In this document: positions 1 through 9,110 of the stretch, piece by piece | Numbering within the stretch: the stretch's first letter is position 1 | Layout of the letters: every line of letters starts with the position of its first letter | Origin: Bythopirellula sp. | GTDB taxonomy: Bacteria; Planctomycetota; Planctomycetia; Pirellulales; Lacipirellulaceae | Reading direction: 5' to 3' | NCBI GenBank assembly: GCA_965216565.1 | Contig: OZ244170.1 | Location: 2,112,001-2,176,000 of the forward strand | Length of the DNA: 64,000 nt | Position numbers and translations under genes: made by a program | Notes under the pieces: generated by a model | The model's input: the letters and a program-made list of their open reading frames with translations, nothing else | Databases searched by the model: none | What the model was told of the DNA's origin: nothing

Positions 1-2
1 CA

Positions 3-1643
3 TGGCTTGACGGTCGGCTCGACGAGGATGGCTCGCAAGCACTGCAAAAGAAATTGTGTCAGTCTGCATCGGCCAGAGAGGAATTTCTTAGGTACGCAGG
101 TCTCGATGTGGCTCTTCACGAGGTTGCTGACACCAGCGGAATGATGAACCCCTCGAAGCTAGCTGCCATTGTTGCCGAGGCAAATACTGCTGAATTAAGT
201 TCAACTGATTCGCAAGAGCGAGTTCTATTGCAATCGATCAAGGCGGATGAGAAAAGAGTTGGTTCTGCAAATCGAGCTACATTCTCTAGCATGCCGTCCT
301 CTAGTATGTCGTCTTGGTTCATGGCTCTTGCTGTGGGCATGCTGCTCGCCGTGACGCTGATTGGCTATGTCTTGACAATGGGTGACCCGCAGGCGGGATC
401 TGTTGCTGGACTCGCTTCGGACAATGAGCTGGCAAACAACAGTCCGGAAAAACGTGTTCTTCTGCGAAGGCCCCCAGCACCCGTTGCCACGTTGTCATCG
501 GTCGAGGGAGCCCTGTGGGAGAAGTCGCAGCGTGAAGTGGGCGAGGCCCTGTACGAAGGAGAGTGGGTCAGCTTATTGGAGGGCAAGGCGCGTATTAGTA
601 TCGGTTTTGGGGCAGAAATCGTTGCTAGCGCGCCTTGCTCGCTAACTGTGTTGTCCAAGGATCGTGTCGAGTTACACGAAGGCAACGTTGCGGTCGACGT
701 AGCGCCATGGGCCGTCGGGTTCACGGTGGCTACTGAGGAAATGGACGTTGTCGATCTCGGAACGACGTTTACGGTCTCTGCCACTCCAGGAATGAAGTCG
801 GAAACGACAGTTCTCAAAGGCGTCGTCCGGGTACATCCTTCAAAGTTTGCAGAGAATGAACGTCGGGGGCTGCTAGTCTCAGAGGGACGTCGTATGTCGA
901 TCGACGGTATGGGATCGCATGAGAACGTTCGTGAAGAGAACGTGCAACAGTTACTTGGTAGCTTGGATTTTGGAGCTACTGGTCCCTATCGACCCGTCGA
1001 TTTGAAGAATACCGGAATTGGGCTTTCCGCTGGCGATGAAGATCAGCACTGGCGGGTGGTAGCCGGGCCTGAAAAGAACTTCGGTGGTCAGCAATTCGCC
1101 TCGGTGTGTGTTCCTCACGAAGCGTACTTGCCGAACGATCCCCAAAAATCGCAATGGATATCCGTTGCTGATTGGGAGACCGCCGCGGCCAATTCTACTT
1201 ATACATTTCGAACTGAGTTTGATCTGAACGATTACAACCTTTCCACTATTCAATTGTTTGGCCGTTTCTTAGCGGACAATGGAATTGAGGCAGTCCGGGT
1301 TAACGGTAATCCAGTGCGAGTACAGTCTTGGGTTGACAATGTGTGGCTTCAACCGTTTGGCGATTCACAATTTCGTTTTGTCAATATTACCGAGGGTTTG
1401 GCCCAAGGTCGAAATGTTATAGAAGTGGACGTGCGAAATGGCATGATGCGCCAGTGGGACAAGAACGAGGAAAACGTAATACTTAGTTCCATTCCTAATC
1501 CAATGGCCCTGCGTGTTGAGTGGTATGCTTTTGGTCGACCGAATCGTATTGCAGGGCTGAACGAAAACTCTCAGCTATTCCATTCAATCCACAATCGAGC
1601 CAAGCCTTTGTTGACGCTTTCTCACAGGAAGACTGGAAGTTGA
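3..1643 (+). CDS. FecR-domain transmembrane anti-sigma/sensor protein with C-terminal jelly-roll (lectin-like) domain; 5'-truncated by window edge
   Basis: Frame is open from nt 3 (WLDGRLDEDGSQALQKKLCQSASAREEFLRY). TM segment FMALAVGMLLAVTLIGYVL; FecR-like core GFTVATEEMDVVDLGTTFTV...TTVLKGVV; C-terminal YTFRTEFDL...FLADNG...VNG...G.N.IEV.V.N beta-sandwich. Confidence 0.75.
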   Translation, partial: WLDGRLDEDGSQALQKKLCQSASAREEFLRYAGLDVALHEVADTSGMMNPSKLAAIVAEANTAELSSTDSQERVLLQSIKADEKRVGSANRATFSSMPSSSMSSWFMALAVGMLLAVTLIGYVLTMGDPQAGSVAGLASDNELANNSPEKRVLLRRPPAPVATLSSVEGALWEKSQREVGEALYEGEWVSLLEGKARISIGFGAEIVASAPCSLTVLSKDRVELHEGNVAVDVAPWAVGFTVATEEMDVVDLGTTFTVSATPGMKSETTVLKGVVRVHPSKFAENERRGLLVSEGRRMSIDGMGSHENVREENVQQLLGSLDFGATGPYRPVDLKNTGIGLSAGDEDQHWRVVAGPEKNFGGQQFASVCVPHEAYLPNDPQKSQWISVADWETAAANSTYTFRTEFDLNDYNLSTIQLFGRFLADNGIEAVRVNGNPVRVQSWVDNVWLQPFGDSQFRFVNITEGLAQGRNVIEVDVRNGMMRQWDKNEENVILSSIPNPMALRVEWYAFGRPNRIAGLNENSQLFHSIHNRAKPLLTLSHRKTGS

Positions 1644-1740
1644 GATAGCGGCTTCAGTTCGTTACTGCCGACGTCTCTTGCTTTTCCCACCTCCGATAAG
1701 TCGCCGCTGAGTCTTTTACAGAAGAAGAGATTGGTAACGA

Positions 1741-3630
1741 ATGAAACTCTCTAAACTCAACCCTGCCTGGATTGTTGCAGTCGCGGTAGCGATCCTGTCT
1801 TGGAGCGAGCCAACTTGTTTAGCAGAGTCCGTAGATTCTCCACCGGCGACGCAAGTCGCTATGCGAGGTCCATCGCAATCTTTCGATGCATCGAAACCCC
1901 CTGCATCTGACTCGATTGTTCTCATTGAGCAAGAGCCGCAATCCATCCGTAGATTAGCCTCGGGTGCAGTATTGGTAGACTTCGGCAAGGTAGCATTTGG
2001 CAATCTGAAGCTGTTCTCACCAGCAGAGTTCGACGGCCCGGTGAAAGTACGGCTTGGTGAGAAGCTACTTAATGGCGTTATTGATCGAAAGCCACCGGGG
2101 ACTGTTCGATTTAGCGAAGTCGATGTCCAGCTAACCCCAGGTGCGGTAATGATTGTTGCTCCGCTAGCTGACGAAAGAAATTCACAGCAATCGAGAGAAG
2201 TCGGCCGTAGGGGAAATGTAACGCCACCTGCGGTTCTGACTCCGCCCGCCTGGGGAGTGGTCACTCCATTCCGTTGGGTCGAAATTGAAGGCTTGCCTGG
2301 CAATCTAAGCCCAGAGCAGGTTGTCCGTAGGGCTGCTTTCCCAAAGCATTGGAATGAGGATTCTGCCTCGTTCGCATGTTCAGACGAAACACTAAACCGC
2401 GTGTGGGAACTGTGCCGCTATTCAATCAAGGCAACCATGTTCGCTGGAGTATACGTCGATGGCGATCGCGAGCGAATACCCTACGAAGCCGATGCGTACC
2501 TTAATCAATTGAGCCACTATTACGTAGACCACGATCCAAGTATGGCACGCCAGACCTTTGACTGGCTGATGGAGTATCCCACGTGGCCCACTGAATGGGG
2601 GCCCCACATGGTCTTCATGGCACATGCTGAGTGGATGCAAAATGGCGATGTCGAGTGGATCTCTCAGCGGTACGAAAGCTTGAAATCGAAAACACTTATC
2701 GAACGCTGCCGCGATTCGGGATTGGTACATAGCAATCAGGAGCAGATCGAATGGAACGATATCGTTGATTGGCCTCCAGCCGAGCGAGATGGTTACATAC
2801 GTTCGGAAGTGAATACCGTCATCAATGCATTCCACCTGGCAGCAATAGAAAAAATGGCTGACCTTGCTGCCGTGGTCGGGGCAAAGGAAGACGTTCAACG
2901 ATTCAAAGAACATGCTCAATTCACCAGGCAAGTCTTTCAAAATCATTTGTTCGACTCGGCCACGGGGCTTTACCGCGATGGTCTTGGCGTCAACAACTAT
3001 TCTCAACATGCCAATTTTTTCCCGCTAGCCTTCGGTCTTGTAGAAGAGAATGATCGTCAAAAGATTACGGACTGGCTCTGCGAGCGAGGAATAAAATGTT
3101 CCGTGTATGCAGCCCAATATCTTCTGGAGGGGCTTTTTGAAAGTGGAGCTGGTCAGTGCGCAGTCGAATTGATGATCGCACCGGATGAAAGAAGCTGGCG
3201 ACATATGCTCGAAGGCGATGCGACGATTACCTGGGAAGCGTGGAGTGATCGGATCAAAACCAATCTAGATTGGAATCATGCCTGGGGAGCCGCTCCCGCC
3301 AATTTATTGCCGCGGTATGTTCTAGGTGCTCGGCCTGCTTCACCTGGGTGGACTCGCGCTAAAATTCGACCAAACCCGAGCGGACTTCGGTTCGCTCGAG
3401 GTATAATACCGACTCCGCATGGGCCAATTTCTATCGATTGGCAGCGCAAGGATAGTTTTCGAATGGAACTGAGCTTACCTGCCGAAATGACTGCTTCGGT
3501 TCACATTCCAACGGCACCCAATACGAAGGGTGTGTTCGTGGATGGACAACATGTCGAAGCCGAACTGGATGGCAACTATTGGATCCTTGCCGACGACCTA
3601 TCGGGTGATTCGCTGATCGAACTCCGCTAG
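1741..3630 (+). CDS. Alpha-L-rhamnosidase-like glycoside hydrolase (GH78-related, short form), secreted
   Basis: Signal peptide; VDFGK; FACSDETLNRVW; DGDRERIPYEADAY; DIVDWP; TITWEAW; WNHAWGAAP; IPTPHGPISIDW C-terminal domain. Confidence 0.8.
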   Translation: MKLSKLNPAWIVAVAVAILSWSEPTCLAESVDSPPATQVAMRGPSQSFDASKPPASDSIVLIEQEPQSIRRLASGAVLVDFGKVAFGNLKLFSPAEFDGPVKVRLGEKLLNGVIDRKPPGTVRFSEVDVQLTPGAVMIVAPLADERNSQQSREVGRRGNVTPPAVLTPPAWGVVTPFRWVEIEGLPGNLSPEQVVRRAAFPKHWNEDSASFACSDETLNRVWELCRYSIKATMFAGVYVDGDRERIPYEADAYLNQLSHYYVDHDPSMARQTFDWLMEYPTWPTEWGPHMVFMAHAEWMQNGDVEWISQRYESLKSKTLIERCRDSGLVHSNQEQIEWNDIVDWPPAERDGYIRSEVNTVINAFHLAAIEKMADLAAVVGAKEDVQRFKEHAQFTRQVFQNHLFDSATGLYRDGLGVNNYSQHANFFPLAFGLVEENDRQKITDWLCERGIKCSVYAAQYLLEGLFESGAGQCAVELMIAPDERSWRHMLEGDATITWEAWSDRIKTNLDWNHAWGAAPANLLPRYVLGARPASPGWTRAKIRPNPSGLRFARGIIPTPHGPISIDWQRKDSFRMELSLPAEMTASVHIPTAPNTKGVFVDGQHVEAELDGNYWILADDLSGDSLIELR

Positions 3631-3675
3631 GAATCGTCGTCATCCGAAAATTTAGAGACTGAAGAGGCGCTACGT

Positions 3676-6636
3676 ATGTTTGGGAATTATTGGAAAGGCA
3701 CCGAATCCATGCAACATCAACTAAAGACGATCCCGATGGCTTTGTTTCAACAGCTTTTAAGCTTCCGTTCTAAGAGAGAGGCACTGAAGCACGTGGGATT
3801 GGCAGTTGCCCTCATTTGCCTCCTCATCACTCCCTCGATGGGACAGCTTAGCGTAAGTCTAACGAACGACATGTTATTAGACTCCGATGCTTTGATTTTG
3901 CCTACGGCCGGCAACTTCGCCACAACGATCAATGGCCAGCCGTATCAGCAAGAAGCGCTTATCACACACGAAGGCTATCAGTATGCAACCTGGTACCACA
4001 ATAGTCCTACTGACGAAGACGTCTATATTTCTCGCCGCGACTTAACTGGAACGACTTGGGAGACCTTTGACACCGGGTTCGGCTTAGAAAACGGCGATGG
4101 CACAGCCACAACAACCAACAAGGAATGGGATTCGCACAATGTCATTGGGTTGGGGATTTCCGGTGATGGACGTATCCACTTGTCCTTCGATCATCACGAT
4201 CATCCACTACGTTATGCCACTACAAATACTGGAGTCGCCACTAGTTCAGGTGGCACCTGGAACAGTACGATCTTTAACGCCGAGCGAGATTCGTTGAACG
4301 TAAGTGGCAGTACAGTTTCACGCGTCACCTATCCTCGTTTCACCAATGTGGGCGACGACCTCGTGTTTACCTACCGCGAACGCGGCAGCGGTAACGGCGA
4401 CGTAAGAATTGCAGACTACGACTCTCAAACAGGTCTCTGGAGTAGCACTCGTTTTGTCAATGAGGGAGCTGTTGGAACTGGAATTTATGACGACATCAAT
4501 AGTAATCCGTCAGATAGGCGCAACGCATACCATAATGGGTTCCATACCGACAGTACCGGTAGGTTGCACACGACTTGGACTTGGCGTGAATCTACTCAGG
4601 ATGGAAACCACGACCTCTTGTACGCCTATAGTGATGACAAGGGAGTCACCTGGTACAATACTGACGATGTCTTAGTGGGAACGAATTCCTCACCCATCTC
4701 TTTGAACTCCGACGTTGAGGTTGTCGATCTTGATCGCCGCCAGGCATTACTCAATCAGCAGGGCCAGATTGTTGATCCAGACGGAGGCGTTCACGCGCTG
4801 ATGTTCCATCGCACTCCGGGGCATTCTTTCACGAATTCGCCTTTCAGCGATCGGCCAAATTCCGAGTATTTTCACTATTATCGTGACCCGCAAACGGGCA
4901 CCTGGGATGTTAGCGCGTTTCCGGCTGGGACAACAGTGGGGAGCCGCCCCAGGATCACTACAGATAGCAACGGCCATCTATTCGGCCTTTTCACTGAAGG
5001 CGACGACCTAGTTATCGCTGGCGCAGAGAAAACTTTGAGTGGCTATGAAGACTGGCAGATTCTACACCGAGACCAAACATACAATTACGATGGTACACCA
5101 CTGATTGACAATCAGCGTTTGCTCGATGAAGGGATTTTGTCGGTCTTTATTCAAGATGAAGGTAGCCCTCACCCAACTAATCCAACCGGTAGCCCGCTGC
5201 GTGTTCTTGAATTTAACACCAATGTGCCATCCGTATCACCGGGCACACTGATCGCTGGCTGGGATAACTGGAATAGTTCTGGGATACATGCCCCGAATGT
5301 TACCGATGGTTTTACCACAGGCACAACCGCCACTAGCGGCTTTAGTCTCGACTCAGACCAAAGGGCCAGCACCGACGGTACCTGGGGAACTTTGGATACA
5401 CCTGTCGCAGACATAACGTCAGACGAAAATAGCGATGCTGTGAGATTGACTAACGGTACATCTGGTCATTACGACTTTACGGTGACGGACACAGGCGGTG
5501 CCGCCAGAGATTTGAGTTCATTTCTATTCGATGCTGCAACCTTCCGACCAAACTCTGCACGGGATTATGAACTGTCGGTGCTTTCAGGTGACCTCACCAT
5601 TGGTAGTGTTGCCACTGGGAACGTGCCCTCGTTTGCTGCGGGAGTTCAAGATTGGTCGAACTTCAATATCAACCTTACGGGCTTAGCTGACCACACTTTG
5701 GATGCAAACGGAACTGTCACGTTTCGGCTTGAGTTCACCGGGGGGACGCCTGGCTCTTCGGGCCACCATCAGGGCCTCGACAACGTTGCAATAGCTGCCT
5801 CCATGGAGGTGCCAGATCCTCAGAGCACTCTCATTGCTGGCTGGGAGCAATGGGCTTCAGGGGCTGGCGTAAAAGCTGCGACCCAATCCGTTGCTGGTCT
5901 AACAGCCACGACCACCAACAATACTGGTAACAACAATGGATTCGGACTCGACAGTGACGGCAGCACTGACGGGACATGGGGAACACTTGATACCCCTTCA
6001 GCTGATGCGACAACCGATGAAAACGCTGATGGATATAGGTTGACTAATGGTGAGGACGGATCTTTGGATTTTGTGCTGACTGACACAAGCGGAGTCGCCA
6101 GAGACTTGACCATGTTCCATTTCGATACAGGTACCTTTAGGCCTGACGCAGCCCATTTATGGGAGCTAGAAGTGGTTTCTGGTGATCTCACTATTGGTTC
6201 GGTTATGAGTGGAGATGCTGCGAATATCACAGGTGGCGTCATCGATTGGTACGATTATGACATCGACCTCACCGGCCTGGCTGATTTCACTTTGGATGCC
6301 AACGGCACAGTCACGTTCCGACTGAGTTTTACGGGCGGCAGTCTTGGAACAAGTGGCCACCACCAGTATCTCGACAATGTGGCCATCTCTGCGATCGTCG
6401 ATGCAGGTCTCCCCGGCGACTTCGACGGAAATGGCATCGTCGATGGCTTGGATTTCCTCTACTGGCAGGTTAATCTCGGCGATTCTGCAAATCTTGCCTT
6501 GTGGGAGACGAACTATGGAATGCAGGCTCCAGCAACAGCCTCTTCAGCTGCTGTGCCAGAGCCAAGTGCACCGCTATTGATTGTTTGTGGAATGTTGATG
6601 AGCCTTTTCTCGAGAAGAAGCACATTCCTGAGATGA
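3676..6636 (+). CDS. BNR_4 beta-propeller protein (PL24/PL25/PL42-like polysaccharide lyase) + 2 copies of an unknown ~190-aa domain + dockerin-like motif + PEP-CTERM
   Basis: Signal peptide; INGQPYQQ, DSHNVIGLGISGDGRIHLSFDHH, VTYPRF, YRERGSGNG, YAYSDDKGVTW; GDFDGNGIVDGLDFLYWQ; VPEP + hydrophobic stretch + RR. Start could be 3709. Confidence 0.75.
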   Translation: MFGNYWKGTESMQHQLKTIPMALFQQLLSFRSKREALKHVGLAVALICLLITPSMGQLSVSLTNDMLLDSDALILPTAGNFATTINGQPYQQEALITHEGYQYATWYHNSPTDEDVYISRRDLTGTTWETFDTGFGLENGDGTATTTNKEWDSHNVIGLGISGDGRIHLSFDHHDHPLRYATTNTGVATSSGGTWNSTIFNAERDSLNVSGSTVSRVTYPRFTNVGDDLVFTYRERGSGNGDVRIADYDSQTGLWSSTRFVNEGAVGTGIYDDINSNPSDRRNAYHNGFHTDSTGRLHTTWTWRESTQDGNHDLLYAYSDDKGVTWYNTDDVLVGTNSSPISLNSDVEVVDLDRRQALLNQQGQIVDPDGGVHALMFHRTPGHSFTNSPFSDRPNSEYFHYYRDPQTGTWDVSAFPAGTTVGSRPRITTDSNGHLFGLFTEGDDLVIAGAEKTLSGYEDWQILHRDQTYNYDGTPLIDNQRLLDEGILSVFIQDEGSPHPTNPTGSPLRVLEFNTNVPSVSPGTLIAGWDNWNSSGIHAPNVTDGFTTGTTATSGFSLDSDQRASTDGTWGTLDTPVADITSDENSDAVRLTNGTSGHYDFTVTDTGGAARDLSSFLFDAATFRPNSARDYELSVLSGDLTIGSVATGNVPSFAAGVQDWSNFNINLTGLADHTLDANGTVTFRLEFTGGTPGSSGHHQGLDNVAIAASMEVPDPQSTLIAGWEQWASGAGVKAATQSVAGLTATTTNNTGNNNGFGLDSDGSTDGTWGTLDTPSADATTDENADGYRLTNGEDGSLDFVLTDTSGVARDLTMFHFDTGTFRPDAAHLWELEVVSGDLTIGSVMSGDAANITGGVIDWYDYDIDLTGLADFTLDANGTVTFRLSFTGGSLGTSGHHQYLDNVAISAIVDAGLPGDFDGNGIVDGLDFLYWQVNLGDSANLALWETNYGMQAPATASSAAVPEPSAPLLIVCGMLMSLFSRRSTFLR

Positions 6637-8996
6637 ATAACCGTTCAAGCCATGGAACGAGTTCCGGAATAGAATCGGATGTAGATGGCGTAGCTGGAAG
6701 ATTTCCCGTAGTAGCAACTTTAATAGCTATCTTTATCCTTCACTCGATCTCTCCTGCTGCGGCACAACTAACCGTCACACCTCTGAACGACATGGTGTTG
6801 GACCCCAATGCCTTGGTGTTGGGAACCGGCGGTAATTTTGCTCGCACCATCAACGGCCGCACGTTTCAGCAAGAAGCTCTGATTACGCACCAAGGGTATC
6901 AATTCAGCACTTGGTATCACAATGGCAACAACGGAGCGGACCTGGACATCTATCTCTCGCGTCGAGATTTAACAGGGAATGCCTGGGAAACTATCGACAC
7001 GGGTTACGACATGATCAATGGCAATCAAAATTGGGATGCTCACAATGCCATTTCTATGGGAATCTCTGGCGATGGCCGTATTCATATGGCCTACGACCAC
7101 CATGTCGACGAGCTTCGGTACCTCACAACCAGTGCGGGTTTTGCCACGAGTTCCAGTAGCACATGGAACCAAGCGAACTTTGAACTAGAACGCAATTCTT
7201 TGAATTTCAATGGCACCACGATTCCTAAAGTCACCTACCCACGATTTACGAGTGTGGGCAACGATTTAGCATTCACCTATCGCGATCGGTCCAGCAGCAA
7301 CGGCGATCATTATATCGCCAACTACGATTCGCAAACGGGGCTTTGGAACAGCACAATGAAGTTTACAGATGGCCAAGTCGGAACCTATGTCGACATCGAC
7401 GGCAATTCTTCGACAAGACGCAATGCCTATCTCAATGGTGTTGATGTGGACTCTCAAGGCAGAATGCACATTACCTGGACTTGGCGCGAAAACACGCCGA
7501 ACGCCAATCACGACGTCAACTACGCCTACAGTGACAATAATGGTTTGACATGGAATAACAATGCAGGCACCTCCCTCGGAAGCACAATCACCCTGAATTC
7601 TCCTGGGATCGAAGTCGTTGATCTAGACATTCGGCAGGCACTGATCAATCAACAGGGACAGGTCGTAGATAGCGAAGGGGGTGTGCACGCACTACTGCGT
7701 CATCGCAGGCAAGAACCCGGCTTTGAATGGCAACCGGGTGATGGTGCATTCGACGCGACAGATGCTGCCTATCACCACTATTATCGCAACCCATCGACCG
7801 GTGTGTGGAGTTCAAGCCGATTGCCCGTCGACGAACCGGTGGGCGCCCGACCCAAAATTGGCGTCGATCCTGATGGCAATTTGTTTGGCGTTTATACCTC
7901 GGGTAACGACTTAATCATCACGGGGGCAGCGAAAACTGGTGGAGGCTTTTCAGATTGGGAAATCCTCTATACCGAAAGTGCTTACAACTTCGAAGGTGAT
8001 CCGCTGCTAGACCCGGTGCGTTTGACTGAGGAAGGAATCCTTTCAGTCTTCCTGCAAGAACGAGCTACAAACAGTCCCGTAAATACGCCGACCCAAAGCC
8101 CTCTTCACGTACTTGAGTACAGCATCGCCGCGATGCCACCGACATTGCCAACAGGCACGCTTCTTGCGGGCTGGGAACAGTGGGCTTCAGGTGCTGGCGT
8201 TAAGGCTGCTACCCAGACTGTCGCAGGTATAACCGCAACGACCGGCAATAATACCGGCAACAGCAATGGGTTCGGGCTGTTCGCGGACGGCAGTACCGAC
8301 GGAACGTGGGGAACCTTGGCTGATCCTAACGCTGACCCAACAACAGATCAAAACGCTGATGGCTATCGGCTGACCAACGGTGAAGATGGCTCAATCGATT
8401 TCACTTTGACAGACACAGGCGGAGTTGATCGAGAATTGGCCGTGTTTCATTTCGATACTGCCACCTTCAGGCCCGACGCGGCTCATATGTGGGAGCTATC
8501 GGTGGTCTCAGGGGATCTCACCCTGGGAACGATAGCGAGCGGAGATGCCCCGAATATTACGGGCGGGACTTACGATTGGCACGATATTGATATCGACCTC
8601 ACTGGCTTAGCCGACAACACCTTGGATGCTAATGGCACGGTCACGTTCCGCCTGGAATTCTCCGGGGGCACCCTGGGGTCCGCGGGTCACCATCAGGTCC
8701 TTGATAATGTTGCCATCTCTGAACTTAGTTCTGTCCCAGGTGACTTTGACGGAAGCGGTGTTGTCGACGGCTTGGACTTTCTCTTCTGGCAGGTGAATCT
8801 CGGTGATTCCGCCAATCTCGCTCTGTGGGAAAGCAACTATGGCGGGTCACCAGCGACGCCCTCCTCGTCAGCTGTGCCCGAGCCTGGCGGACTGATGCTG
8901 ATTGTTTGCGGCATGCTGATTTACCTCGCTTCCGAACGAACAATTCTGACCGGAATGAGTAAATCACCTGCTCTCGCAAGTAAATGCGTTGGGTAG
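6633..8996 (+). CDS. Tandem paralogue: BNR_4 lyase-like protein + 1 copy of the unknown domain + dockerin-like motif + PEP-CTERM
   Basis: ATG at 6633 overlaps the upstream TGA (ATGA). INGRTFQQ, DAHNAISMGISGDGRIHMAYDHH, VTYPRF, YAYSDNNGLTW; GDFDGSGVVDGLDFLFWQ; VPEP. Confidence 0.75.
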   Translation: MNNRSSHGTSSGIESDVDGVAGRFPVVATLIAIFILHSISPAAAQLTVTPLNDMVLDPNALVLGTGGNFARTINGRTFQQEALITHQGYQFSTWYHNGNNGADLDIYLSRRDLTGNAWETIDTGYDMINGNQNWDAHNAISMGISGDGRIHMAYDHHVDELRYLTTSAGFATSSSSTWNQANFELERNSLNFNGTTIPKVTYPRFTSVGNDLAFTYRDRSSSNGDHYIANYDSQTGLWNSTMKFTDGQVGTYVDIDGNSSTRRNAYLNGVDVDSQGRMHITWTWRENTPNANHDVNYAYSDNNGLTWNNNAGTSLGSTITLNSPGIEVVDLDIRQALINQQGQVVDSEGGVHALLRHRRQEPGFEWQPGDGAFDATDAAYHHYYRNPSTGVWSSSRLPVDEPVGARPKIGVDPDGNLFGVYTSGNDLIITGAAKTGGGFSDWEILYTESAYNFEGDPLLDPVRLTEEGILSVFLQERATNSPVNTPTQSPLHVLEYSIAAMPPTLPTGTLLAGWEQWASGAGVKAATQTVAGITATTGNNTGNSNGFGLFADGSTDGTWGTLADPNADPTTDQNADGYRLTNGEDGSIDFTLTDTGGVDRELAVFHFDTATFRPDAAHMWELSVVSGDLTLGTIASGDAPNITGGTYDWHDIDIDLTGLADNTLDANGTVTFRLEFSGGTLGSAGHHQVLDNVAISELSSVPGDFDGSGVVDGLDFLFWQVNLGDSANLALWESNYGGSPATPSSSAVPEPGGLMLIVCGMLIYLASERTILTGMSKSPALASKCVG

Positions 8997-9110
8997 CCTC
9001 TCAGTTGCAGACTCTTCCTATATCATTGGGACGGTTTTTTGAGAGAATCTACTCTCAAGCAAGATCAGTCAGCGCGACCAAGATATCTTACTACCCAAAG
9101 GAAGTTGGCG

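Noticed and set aside
6501..6632. ORF-track N-terminal extension of the second BNR_4 gene
   Set aside because: Overlaps the upstream gene's PEP-CTERM coding region; the ATGA-coupled start at 6633 is more plausible.
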